A DNA stretch of 61,018 nt, filler included. It is 9 parts of 9 records of this genome, joined end to end, with 100 filler letters (N's around TTAATTAATTAA, not from the genome) between each part and the next. Parts side by side here need not be neighbours in the genome. Positions count along the whole stretch, not along the records: positions 48,086 to 52,268 come from SRR7504441_1628; positions 52,369 to 56,455 come from SRR7504441_1635; positions 56,556 to 61,018 come from SRR7504441_1636; 6 more parts are not named here. One strand, written 5' to 3'. Both the position numbers and the translations under genes were made by a program. How positions within the stretch are numbered: position 1 is the stretch's first letter; every line of letters starts with the position of its first letter. This document shows, piece after piece, positions 49,428 through 59,004 of this stretch. Below the pieces are notes generated by a model that was given only the letters and a program-made list of their open reading frames with translations, was not told where the DNA came from and did no database searches.

Positions 49428-50516
49428 ATGGGCGAAGAGGGGCCTGGCCCTGATGAGTCGGGCAGTCTGCTGCTCGTGCCTCCAAACGCTGAGCAGAGGC
49501 CCGAGGACCGGACCTGTCGGATCTGCCTGGACCACGAGGGTCCAATGATCGCCCCGTGTGCATGCCGCGGCACCCAAAAGTGGGTCCACCGGGCCTGCCT
49601 GGACCGGTGGCGCTCCATTGCGGAGGACCGCGCGTTCGCCCGGTGCACTGAGTGCCAGTTTGAGTACCTGCTCAGCCCGGCCGACGAGCAGGCCGGTTCT
49701 GGCTTCCGACGGTTCAAGTACCGGCTGCTGGTGAGCCGAGACTTCGTGCTGATCTTCCTTCTGGTCCAGCTGGCCATCTGCGGGATCGCGTTCCTTGTGC
49801 ACGGGCTGGACACCGGCGGCTGCCCCGGGCACAGCTGGGCACCCTTCACCGACACCGACAATAAGGAGTACTGTCACCCGGACACGGCCCAAGGCCAGCG
49901 GCCAATCTGCGGCGAGCTGCGCCGGCTGCTCCTCCCATGCTTTGTGGGGGTGCACGACCGGAGCTCCTACTATATATTCGGGATGGTGGTCTTCTTCGCG
50001 GTGATCGGACTGCTCGGGTGTGCTGTCGGGCTAGGACAGCACGGCGGATGCTGCCAGGGGAGTCAGAGCTGCCCAGACTGCTACTGGTGCGTCTGGTGCG
50101 ACTGCCAGCAGCATGACTGCGAGTGCCACCCGCAGCACTGCCATGGGTGCTGCTCCGGGTGTAACTGCGACTGTGGAGACTGCGGGGGTGGGGACGGGGC
50201 ACCTCTCCTGCTCGTGCTGGCGGCGGTGGTCTGTGTGCTGCTTGCGTTTGTGGGTCTGATCTTGGCGCTGTTCTTTCTGGCGATGGTGGTGCAGCGGGTG
50301 ATGCAGCGGCACATGCACATCCTGCACAAGCGGACGCTGGCCGCGCACTACGTGGTCCAGGATCTTGACGGGCGCGAGCTGGCCGACCTTTGGAATCGAG
50401 GCCCGCCACCTGTGTACTCGGAGGCCCCGGGCCAGCAGACGATCGAGGTCGCACCGTCGGCCCCTCAGTTGTCGCCTCCCGAATATGCCGAGCTCAAGGC
50501 GGCCGGTTTGATTTGA
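49428..50516 (+). CDS. MARCH-type RING-CH membrane E3 ubiquitin ligase
   Basis: CRICL...IAPCACRGTQKWVHRACLDRW...CTEC, followed by three TM segments and a Cys-rich loop. Confidence 0.92.
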   Translation: MGEEGPGPDESGSLLLVPPNAEQRPEDRTCRICLDHEGPMIAPCACRGTQKWVHRACLDRWRSIAEDRAFARCTECQFEYLLSPADEQAGSGFRRFKYRLLVSRDFVLIFLLVQLAICGIAFLVHGLDTGGCPGHSWAPFTDTDNKEYCHPDTAQGQRPICGELRRLLLPCFVGVHDRSSYYIFGMVVFFAVIGLLGCAVGLGQHGGCCQGSQSCPDCYWCVWCDCQQHDCECHPQHCHGCCSGCNCDCGDCGGGDGAPLLLVLAAVVCVLLAFVGLILALFFLAMVVQRVMQRHMHILHKRTLAAHYVVQDLDGRELADLWNRGPPPVYSEAPGQQTIEVAPSAPQLSPPEYAELKAAGLI

Positions 50517-50710
50517 GCTCTATTTTTGAGCTTTGTATAATACTTAGCGAGTGCCCGAGTCACGCGACACTGGTGCGCATAATCTTGAAAATTAAAAGTC
50601 TGGTTTGAATGTAAAAAAAAAACAGTTGCATGGTGCCTGACCACAGTCACCACTGGCACGAGCGCATTCCAACGGACTCAGCTCCAGGGGAGCGTCGGGC
50701 TTCAAGCGAG

Positions 50711-52083
50711 ATGGAGGCGATGGAGGTCGACCAACAGGTGGGGTCCGCGGGTGGTGCGGGGGTAGATCCTTGGTCGCAGGAACCGGCGCCTGAGGAGGCC
50801 CAGCCGCCCGAGGAGGATGAGGATGAGGAGGAGGAGGACGACGAGCCGGCGCCGCTGGAGAAGAAAGTGCTGCCGTCCCGGGCCACCCGGGGGACTCGGT
50901 GCAGGGCGGGGCGGTTGAGCTGATCTGGGTGGGGCAGGATGAGCAAGCTGGTCGGGGAGGAGCTCGATCGGGACGAGGAGTTCTGGTGTGGGGAGCACGG
51001 CACCTGGGACTCGGACGAGCACGACTCCGGCTTCTCAGACCAAGGCGGGCCGGCCGGGCCGAGCCGGGTGAGCCGGGGCCTCAGGTTCCTCTGACTCGGC
51101 GGATTCTGATATCGACGACTCTGAGGGGGAGGATGTTGACGACGGGGCGGAGGAGGATCAGATCAGAAAGCAGGAGAAGCGGGCCCGGGTGCGGCAGACC
51201 GGGAGCCCAGTGGCCGAGCGGCGGGCAGGTGGCCGCCAGCCAGAAGAAGATGAGCTACCAAGACCCGGCGCTCAAGCAGAAGCGAGGTGCCGGCTGTGAG
51301 GCCCCGCGTGAGTGGTGGCCAGCGCCGGCACCCAAGAGAAAGCAGCCCACGGCAGCCGAGCGAATGGCTGCAGTGCAGGCGGCTGGGGAGGGGGTGGCTT
51401 CGTCCGGCCGACCCGGGCGCTGAGGTGCGGTTGGCAGCGATCATTCAGGAAATCCACAGTGGCTGTCACCGGGGCCTCGGCTGCCGACCGTGAGGAGAAG
51501 CGGCAAAAGCAGAAGGAACAGGCGGCCAAGCGGGAGGCCCTGAACGCCAACAAGGAGCCTGTGGCCAAGCTCACCCAGGAGCAACTGCTAGCGGAGGCGG
51601 CGCGCACGGAGATCCTGAACCAGCGCTCTCTGCAGCAGCTGCTCCACGTGGAGGAGGCAAAGAAGCGAGTTCGTGCTAAACGCGACCGGTCGATGGGTCC
51701 TTTGGTCCGATTCCACTCCAAGAACGGGTCAGCGCCAGGCCGGCCAGCTCGCTCACGGTCCATACAGGCGTAACACAATCACGTTTACTGACCCGGAGGG
51801 CGTGCCTCCTGTGATATTGGCGAGGGTCGAAAAATGTGAGTGTGGGCCGTGACGTGTGCTGACGAGTGGCAGATCCGATGCCCAAACGATGCGCGGTGAC
51901 CCAGCTACCGGCCAAGTATATCGATCCCAAGTGACTAGGCTGCTGGGTCGCTCACTGAGCTAGGGCCCCAGGTCAGGCCAGCCTTTTGCCAACGTTGAGG
52001 CCTATCAAAAGCTACAAGGCACGCACTCGTCTGCCCCGGCAGCGCCGGTGGCGCCAGAACAACAAGCCCAGGAGGCCGTTTGA
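50711..52083 (+). CDS. VPS72: VPS72/YL1 (SWR1 complex H2A.Z chaperone)
   Basis: SRATRGTRM, DEEFW, LTQEQLLAEAARTEILNQRSL and YL1_C CAVTQLPAKYIDPKSGQPFANVEAY; multiple micro-introns including GC-AG 51045-51084. Confidence 0.92.
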
Positions 52084-52268
52084 CGGACTGTGCCTAGTAG
52101 TTGAAGCGCTCGATTGGCTAAGGCTTGTATATACTTCGTACGTATTTTAAATCTTGGTCAATGTTTTCAAGGTACTCGTACGAATTCATTTCATTTAAGC
52201 CTTGAGCTCAATTAAGCACTACTTAGCTTAAGTCTTGCTTTTTTTTTTTTTTTGAGTCGAGAGGACAC

Positions 52269-52368
52269 NNNNNNNNNNNNNNNNNNNNNNNNNNNNNNNN
52301 NNNNNNNNNNNNTTAATTAATTAANNNNNNNNNNNNNNNNNNNNNNNNNNNNNNNNNNNNNNNNNNNN
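52269..52368. other. Artificial contig spacer
   Basis: N44-TTAATTAATTAA-N44. Confidence 0.98.
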
Positions 52369-53799
52369 GCAGAGCAGATGGAATCAGCTCACCGACTAGA
52401 GAAGCTGGAGCAGGCCGATGCGCACGCTGAGGAGCTGGCGCTGCTGAGGGCGGCGGTGCAAACTGATGCCCGTAGGGAGCTGACGGAGGCGCTCGCTGCG
52501 TGTGAGGAGCTGCAGGCGAGACTGGATAGCACTGTGGCAGTGAGTGAAGAGCTTCGGAATGAAAGGTCGGCCCTGGAGCGCCAGTTGGCGGATGAGCGAC
52601 GCGACTGGGCGGGCAGGGTCGAACAGCTCGAAGGCCGTGTGGCCAGTCAGAGCCGGGAGCATGCGGCGGCGCTGCAGGGGCAGATGGGCCAGGACATGCT
52701 GCTTGCAGAGCTTGAGGAGCAGCGGCAATCAGACGCCGCGCGGATCTCCTCTCTCGGGCGCGAGCTGGCTAGCGCGCAGGCGGAGTGCGAGGAGGGCAGG
52801 GGTGAGCGGGCAAGGCTCAAGGCCGAGCTGGCGGCTACGCGAGTGAAGCTTGATGAGCTTGAAGCAGAGGTAGAGCAGAAGAAGCGAGGGCCAGGCAGCA
52901 AGCAGCGACAGGCGGATGCAGCGCGAATCAGCGCGCTCGAGCGGGAGCTAAAGGCGGAGCAGGATCGCGGCCCAGATCCGGAGACAGTGCGGCTGGAGGC
53001 GGAGGTCGAGGCGCAGGCAGCTGAGCTGGTCAAGGTCAAGCAGCTGCTCGAGAAAGTCTGGCAGGTCGGCGAGGCGGCCAAGGCCCAAGCGGCCGAGAAG
53101 GCGGCCGAGCTCGAGGAGCTTCGGGACTTGAATGGAGCCAAGGCAGACCAGGCGGGCGAGGAGGGCCGGCGTGCGGTGCGGGCGGCAAGGGAGTCCACAG
53201 TTAGAGCAGAGCGGGCACGTGAAGAGCTGGAGCGCGAGCTGCTGAATGTGCGGGAGGCCCATGCGGAAGAGGTAGCAAGTCTGGAACGACTGCAGCGCGG
53301 GGTTGAGCAGGAGCGGGAGGCGGCTCGCGCCGAGGCGAGGAACGAGCGAGTGGCGATGGAGGAGCAGTTGTCGTTGACTAACGCCAAGCACGCTGCGGAA
53401 TTGGCCGCTTTGCGGGTTCCGCTCGAGAATGAGTGTGCAGCACTGCAGGCCATGCGGGCCAAGGCCAGGGTCAGCAGAACACCATCCAACGTGGCGCGGA
53501 CCTCTCCTCCGGTGGGCAGGATAGATGGCGATTCCCGTGAAGTGGAGCAGGCGGCAAGGGCAAGGGCGGCACTTCAAAAGAAGCTAGCGGCGTTGGAGAA
53601 CGGCGGCAATGCGGAGCAAGAGTTCGACGGGGCGATAGGGAGAGCACTCGCGGTCGATCCTTTGAGCATGGGGCGGCGTGATGAGCGGCACCACACGCCC
53701 CCCGTCCACCTTCGCGGTGATCAGCCGAGCAGCTCTCACTTTGATACGATTGACTCAGCAGTGCGGCGATTGTTGAATCGTACCACTTGGGAAGTGTAA
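52369..53799 (+). CDS. Probably 5'-partial coiled-coil protein of unknown function
   Basis: Open frame from the contig edge with E/L/A/R heptads and an internal repeat RQxDAARISxLxREL. Confidence 0.7.
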   Translation, partial: AEQMESAHRLEKLEQADAHAEELALLRAAVQTDARRELTEALAACEELQARLDSTVAVSEELRNERSALERQLADERRDWAGRVEQLEGRVASQSREHAAALQGQMGQDMLLAELEEQRQSDAARISSLGRELASAQAECEEGRGERARLKAELAATRVKLDELEAEVEQKKRGPGSKQRQADAARISALERELKAEQDRGPDPETVRLEAEVEAQAAELVKVKQLLEKVWQVGEAAKAQAAEKAAELEELRDLNGAKADQAGEEGRRAVRAARESTVRAERAREELERELLNVREAHAEEVASLERLQRGVEQEREAARAEARNERVAMEEQLSLTNAKHAAELAALRVPLENECAALQAMRAKARVSRTPSNVARTSPPVGRIDGDSREVEQAARARAALQKKLAALENGGNAEQEFDGAIGRALAVDPLSMGRRDERHHTPPVHLRGDQPSSSHFDTIDSAVRRLLNRTTWEV

Positions 53800-53939
53800 C
53801 TCTCTTTAAAAAGCTTTTAAATGCACTTGTTGACCAATGGATTTAATGCACTCGTGTATAGTGTATATGGTATTATAATTATGGTAAGCCCTTGAGTATA
53901 GGGTGCAATCTGTCCTTGGTTTCCCTTGGGGTGCCCAAT

Positions 53940-56455
53940 TTAATCCTTGTCTTTCTTCTTGTCGTTTTCTTCGTACATTGTTTTAAGTCCAAACTTAGTA
54001 AACTCCTTGCAGGCCTGCATCATCATGAGATTAAGACGCCAGGCAATCTAAAGCTCACTTTCAAGCTGTAGTACTCAAACAAAAAATCGACTTGCTCTTC
54101 AATGCACGAGTATTCGTCTGGACTCACTGAGATCTCAAGTAATGCAGCGAGCAATCGACGCTGATGCGCCACTGAAACCTGCTGACCCTGTACTTTCTGG
54201 GCATCGGCATCATCAGTTCTTTCTAGTTCTTCAGGTGGAGCGTCTTCTGGTGGGGCATCTTCACGTGCTTTATCTTCGATGTTTGTCGCGAGTTCTTCAC
54301 GATAGAGATCCTCGAGTTTCTGGAAACTCTCCAACACCTTGAATGCTGTCACAAGATCAACAGTACTCCTCTTTCGGCCACACTGGCTGCGAAGCCACAG
54401 AGTCCAAGAGTCGAGGTACCTAGCGCCATAAGCTAGCAGCTGCAAGTCGTGGATGATAGTCCTAGGTTTGCCCCTTCTTACAGCAAAATATCCTTCATTC
54501 ATCACTTGGATCACGATTGCAAGCACGATGTGCCAAATAATTGTAACTAGCAAAATATTCAAAGCAAGGAAGTACACCGTCCCTGCAGTCCGATCAAAAC
54601 CACTAGGGGCAAAGGCCAAGCTTAGTTGCCTGGGAATCCCATTGCATCGGCTTGGAAGACAGAGATTTTATCAAACTTCAACATGAGTCTGAACGTGTGT
54701 CTCATTGAGTCCTGGAGGTTGTGAAACTGCGGGACGGTAGCAGACATGACAAGATATCCTGCAAATGAAAACACAACCAGAAAACAAAAGTTGATGAAAA
54801 AAGCGTGAAGGAACGCAGGGACAGCATTAGTCAATGGCCGAAACATCGCGTACAGGTATTGTTGAAACTTGAGATACCCCAGCAAGCGGAAACAGCCTGC
54901 CACCATGAAGAAGATGATCGCCGTGTTCTTCACGAGGTACATGGTGTTGAACAGGTCATCGTCGTACACATCCAAGAAGCATTGCAGATCGCTAAGATTC
55001 GCGTACTCTCCGAACAATCCAGTGTTGATATTCGTTTGGACATCGTCGCAAGCGGTACCAGTGCATAACTGGTAACGCATGGAAAGCCCCTTCTCAGTGT
55101 CGTTGAGGCATTTGCGGACAGGTCCCAACTGGACATAGAGAACCGAATAAGCAATCACATAAGCAAATATGGAAGCGTGGAACCACCAAGCACCATCAGG
55201 ACGGAAAGGCCTCTTGAGCTTCTTGGGCTTCTTGGGCTTTTTCAAGTGTGGACCTGGTTCGAGTGCGGCTACAACTTCCAGCTCCGTGCTTCTGCCACCA
55301 GATTGGTTCCCCTTAAAAGCTGAGTGAGTTGCCAGCATTTGGTCAGCTTGTTCTGCTGTCAGTTGGTCAGGGATTGACATTGCCTTGAGCAGCTCTAGCC
55401 GCCTCTCGATGCCTCCAGCTTCACAGTTGCCCTGCATCTTGCTGAGCAAGCCTGGCCTGTCAGGGGTGTGTGGTTGTTGTAGAAGGTAAGAAATCCACGT
55501 TAAGTCGACCACCTGCAGCTCAAAGGTGCCCTTGCGATACGACCATTCCTCGTAGATTCCTCGTGCGAATACACAAAGATAAATCAACAGCGCCGCTAAT
55601 GGCAGGGCAAAGGTAGCTGTGATTTCGAAATCCCCGACGCTGCCAACAGAACATCAGCGGAGACGTACAAGCCCTTGCCTGTGTATTGTGACAGATTTCA
55701 CAGTCTCCGAAGGAAAGTAACTTTGAGGTATTAGCAAACCGTCGCCCTGGTCAATGAAATTAGTCGCAACATAAGCCAGCGTTTCTGTATCTCCGTAAAG
55801 GACGAACGTCTTCAGAGTGACCGATCGCGCCCGATCGTCCACAAATCCGCCTGGCAGACAATTGGTCCACATTCTGCAAGAAGCAAATGCGGATACCTTC
55901 TCGCAGTGCCTTTATCATCTCCGTCAGCGCTGTCCTGCTGAATCCAGCACTGAAGTACACAGAATAGCCGCCTTGTTCTGTGTTGTAGGGTATTTGAAGG
56001 TTATAGCCGTTTTGATCGACGATCATTGGCGCAGGTCTCAAACCTGCATTGAACAAAGACATCAGTGGGCAGTCATACGCGTGAAACCACCTTCCACGAA
56101 TTCGTCGTGTAACCTGCCTGCGAATTCGTAGCAAGTCCACGGCGAAGTATAGCCCTCAAAGTTGCAGTCAAATTCGTTCTTGACTTGCACGGTCATCAGC
56201 AGCCCTCCGAGCACAGTACCAGAGTTCCATGCGTATTCGTGCAAAGTTTGGCTGGTGCCGCTGTATGTCCGTTCCTGTTCGCTGCTGAAGACGCTGTCCG
56301 TGCCCTCGGTGGCGGCAATGTACCACTTTATCACAATATCTGCACCCACAGGCAAACGGTGTCATCGTTGAATGGTGCAGGGCAGCCACCACTCCAGAAC
56401 GTACTTTCTTGACCAGAAGTGGTGGTGCTGGTCTTGGTACCCGTCGTATACAAAG
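53940..56455 (-). CDS. 5'-partial polycystin (PKD2/TRPP-like) cation channel
   Basis: TOP-domain-like GGFVDDRARSVTLKTFVLY and GGYSVYF; TM helices; pore-like FHNLQDSMRHTFRLML; S6 VYFLALNILLVTIIWHIVLAIV. About six introns, including GC-AG 54583-54629. Confidence 0.78.
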
Positions 56456-56555
56456 NNNNNNNNNNNNNNNNNNNNNNNNNNNNNNNNNNNNNNNNNNNNT
56501 TAATTAATTAANNNNNNNNNNNNNNNNNNNNNNNNNNNNNNNNNNNNNNNNNNNN
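56456..56555. other. Artificial contig spacer
   Basis: N44-TTAATTAATTAA-N44. Confidence 0.98.
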
Positions 56556-56644
56556 GGGGGGGGGGGCAATTCTCGCCCGAACGGTTTTAATTAATATATA
56601 CCCCGATTCGAGGTTCCAATCGACGCATTGACATCAACATAGAG

Positions 56645-58810
56645 TTAACACGTCGGCAGCAGCGCAGCCTGGGCAAATTGATGCAGCGTGTCTTGTACAG
56701 TATCCGGTACGCTAAACTGTTGCCAATGCGGACCACTGCAATCGCCGGTGAATCCTGTACCGGTGATTGTCCACTGCATAGCACCGTTTCCATTCGCTGG
56801 ATCCATTGGGGCAGGCCTTCCTTTGGCTGCCCAGTCGACGTAAGTCATGTCTATGACAAGCAACCGGCTTGCTCTAGTGTCCCACCTCAAGTTGTCTGGC
56901 TTCAAATCCATAAATGTTCGACCACTCAGCTGATTTCCAAATCTGTTTTCAGCATCTTGAGCTAGTTTGTGGAAGATGCACTTGAGCTGATTCGTAACAT
57001 CCTGCCCGAGTCTCTGCAGCGGAGTAGGCAAGCCAGCGCTGGCCCTGATGTCATTCCACTCTGCCGGTGTAATCGCCGAGTTTATCAATGTGGTGCAGTG
57101 AGGAGCTTCGCAGTTTCCCGTCGCGTCAACTTTTGGCTGGCCGACAGGGTCTTCCTCTGTAGGCGGAGTTGTAGTGGTGGATGCGGCGACCATCACCTCC
57201 CCAAGGTCATACCCCGGCACAAAGGCCTTCAGCAGCGCCTTCATGTTTTGGCCGCTTCCATCCTTCGCTGGCGTGTTGTCTGTGATGTGCAGAACATCGC
57301 AAACGAAGAGCTCTGGGAATGGGATCGCTAATTGGGCCAGAGCAGTGAAACCTCCGGCCTCTTCGTTAACAAAATCGTCGCTGGCTCCAACCTTGGGCAT
57401 CTTGAGCAGCCAGTTGTCATCCACCTTGTACAGCACTGAAGAGAGTCCCTTGTCGCTCTTGAATGCCGGTGCAGCGTACGGCAGATCCAGCACAAATGGC
57501 TGCCCTGCGGGTTTGCCCTGCGGTAGCCCTAAATGGCTGATCGAGGTCTGCAGTCCCGGAGAGAACACGCTCTGTGCTGGGCAGCTCAGCTTGATGTTCA
57601 GCGCTTGACGGTTCTTCACGCCGGTTTCCGCGTTGCCCTTCTGACCGCCGAAGCAAGATTTGAGCGCGTTGAGAAGGTCTTGACTGGTGCCGCTGGTGCC
57701 GTCCGCACTCGACCGAATTTGGTTCGGCTGAAACCCTAGGTAGAAGTTTGGGTATGCGGCATACTGCACAGCTCCGCCTACAGCCACCGTGCCCTGCTTC
57801 GGACTGTCGGCCTCATACTTGCTTGCGGCTATGAGGGTATTCTCCTTAGTGAAACCACCCCAGGCTGAAACCGCCTTGTCGGCCCGGAGACTTTCCAGTG
57901 GTATCTTGACGCACTTGGCCGTGTTGCCCCGCCGCAGCGAGAAGTAGACGTCCTTGGCCCCGCTCTTAACATAGAAGCTCACCTTGCTGTTATGGCTGGT
58001 CGCAAACTCCACTCCGACAGTCGCGGCGTTCCCAACCTCCTTCACGTTGCCCTTCCGGACATCGTTGGAGCCATGCAGCATCCCGTTCGCGGCCTGGCAG
58101 GGCAGGATATCATTCCCATCCGCTGCAGACAGCAGCGCGCAGTTGCCTTCGCCCCTCCGCGTCGCATCGTACTGCCTCAACAGGTCTTGGCAGGCCGCAC
58201 TGGCTGGGTCGATCAGCGGGTTGCACGAACCAGCGGCCAGCGCCGCCAGCGGCCCCATATTGTCTTCATATGCATCGCGCCAGATCGGATCGGCCGCTTT
58301 TCGCTTTGTGTCATGGAGCTGTAAGCACTTGAGTTGGAACACCCAGGCGGCGGCCTCTGCAGCGTCGGCTGCCTCAAGCTTGAGCTCGGTGTTGGTTGCA
58401 GTTCCCCGGACCAAGGGGGTCACACCGCTGATGGTGAACCGCCTCGGGTCGTCGGCCGTGATGGCGATGTTGGCGTTGTGTTTGATGAGGACAGAGGATC
58501 CGCCGGTCAGAGCATCGCCGGTCTGGGATCCGCCGCTCCAATGCAGGCAAAATTCCATATCGTGTTCAATGACATCCCGTAGCATGATACTGAACTGCCG
58601 GGGGCGGTAGCCCTTCACCGCGTTCGTCCACTTGTTGAGCGGCCCAGCCTTGTCTGGATGCGCCGGGCAGGGCACCCCGGCCTCGACTAACTCAAGCCCG
58701 CCATAGCGCCGGCTAGGTGCCGACGATTCGCGCTCGGTCCATTCGTCCTCGCGCCAAGCGCCGGCCGCCGCTACCAGCAACATAGCGCGCAGCAGATCCC
58801 GCGTGTCCAT
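56645..58810 (-). CDS. Intronless protein: signal peptide + OSBP/FAPP-like PH domain + unknown middle domain + atypical minimal protein kinase
   Basis: Signal-like MDTRDLLRAMLLVAAAGA; PH motifs GPLNKWTNAVKGYRPRQF and LKLEAADAAEAAAWVFQL; kinase motifs KGLSSVLYKV, WLLK, EE, DLKPDNL and LLVID. Confidence 0.8.
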   Translation of the reverse strand: MDTRDLLRAMLLVAAAGAWREDEWTERESSAPSRRYGGLELVEAGVPCPAHPDKAGPLNKWTNAVKGYRPRQFSIMLRDVIEHDMEFCLHWSGGSQTGDALTGGSSVLIKHNANIAITADDPRRFTISGVTPLVRGTATNTELKLEAADAAEAAAWVFQLKCLQLHDTKRKAADPIWRDAYEDNMGPLAALAAGSCNPLIDPASAACQDLLRQYDATRRGEGNCALLSAADGNDILPCQAANGMLHGSNDVRKGNVKEVGNAATVGVEFATSHNSKVSFYVKSGAKDVYFSLRRGNTAKCVKIPLESLRADKAVSAWGGFTKENTLIAASKYEADSPKQGTVAVGGAVQYAAYPNFYLGFQPNQIRSSADGTSGTSQDLLNALKSCFGGQKGNAETGVKNRQALNIKLSCPAQSVFSPGLQTSISHLGLPQGKPAGQPFVLDLPYAAPAFKSDKGLSSVLYKVDDNWLLKMPKVGASDDFVNEEAGGFTALAQLAIPFPELFVCDVLHITDNTPAKDGSGQNMKALLKAFVPGYDLGEVMVAASTTTTPPTEEDPVGQPKVDATGNCEAPHCTTLINSAITPAEWNDIRASAGLPTPLQRLGQDVTNQLKCIFHKLAQDAENRFGNQLSGRTFMDLKPDNLRWDTRASRLLVIDMTYVDWAAKGRPAPMDPANGNGAMQWTITGTGFTGDCSGPHWQQFSVPDTVQDTLHQFAQAALLPTC

Positions 58811-59004
58811 TGATGAAATCAATGAATCTGGATGATTCATTGCAACTACGAGTCCCCAACGAAGTACAGGCAGCCGATAAACAGCACGTAAATAAATGCG
58901 GACGATAAATATGGGGCCGATGTGCCCTAGGCGTGTCCCGACACGTGCACTGCATCGGATACAGGCCTTTCAATTTTCTATATATTCGATTCCATCATCC
59001 CCGC

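Noticed and set aside
26529-50516. JAB, OTU and RING-CH genes as a ubiquitin-system cluster
   Set aside because: They lie on three different contigs, so their proximity is an artefact of concatenation.
17629-56555. Eight identical TTAATTAATTAA palindromes flanked by Ns, superficially like a repeat family or array
   Set aside because: Each is an exact 100-nt artificial linker with stops in all frames, i.e. an assembly concatenation artefact. ORFs ending in XXX-LIN or XXX-N are artefacts too.
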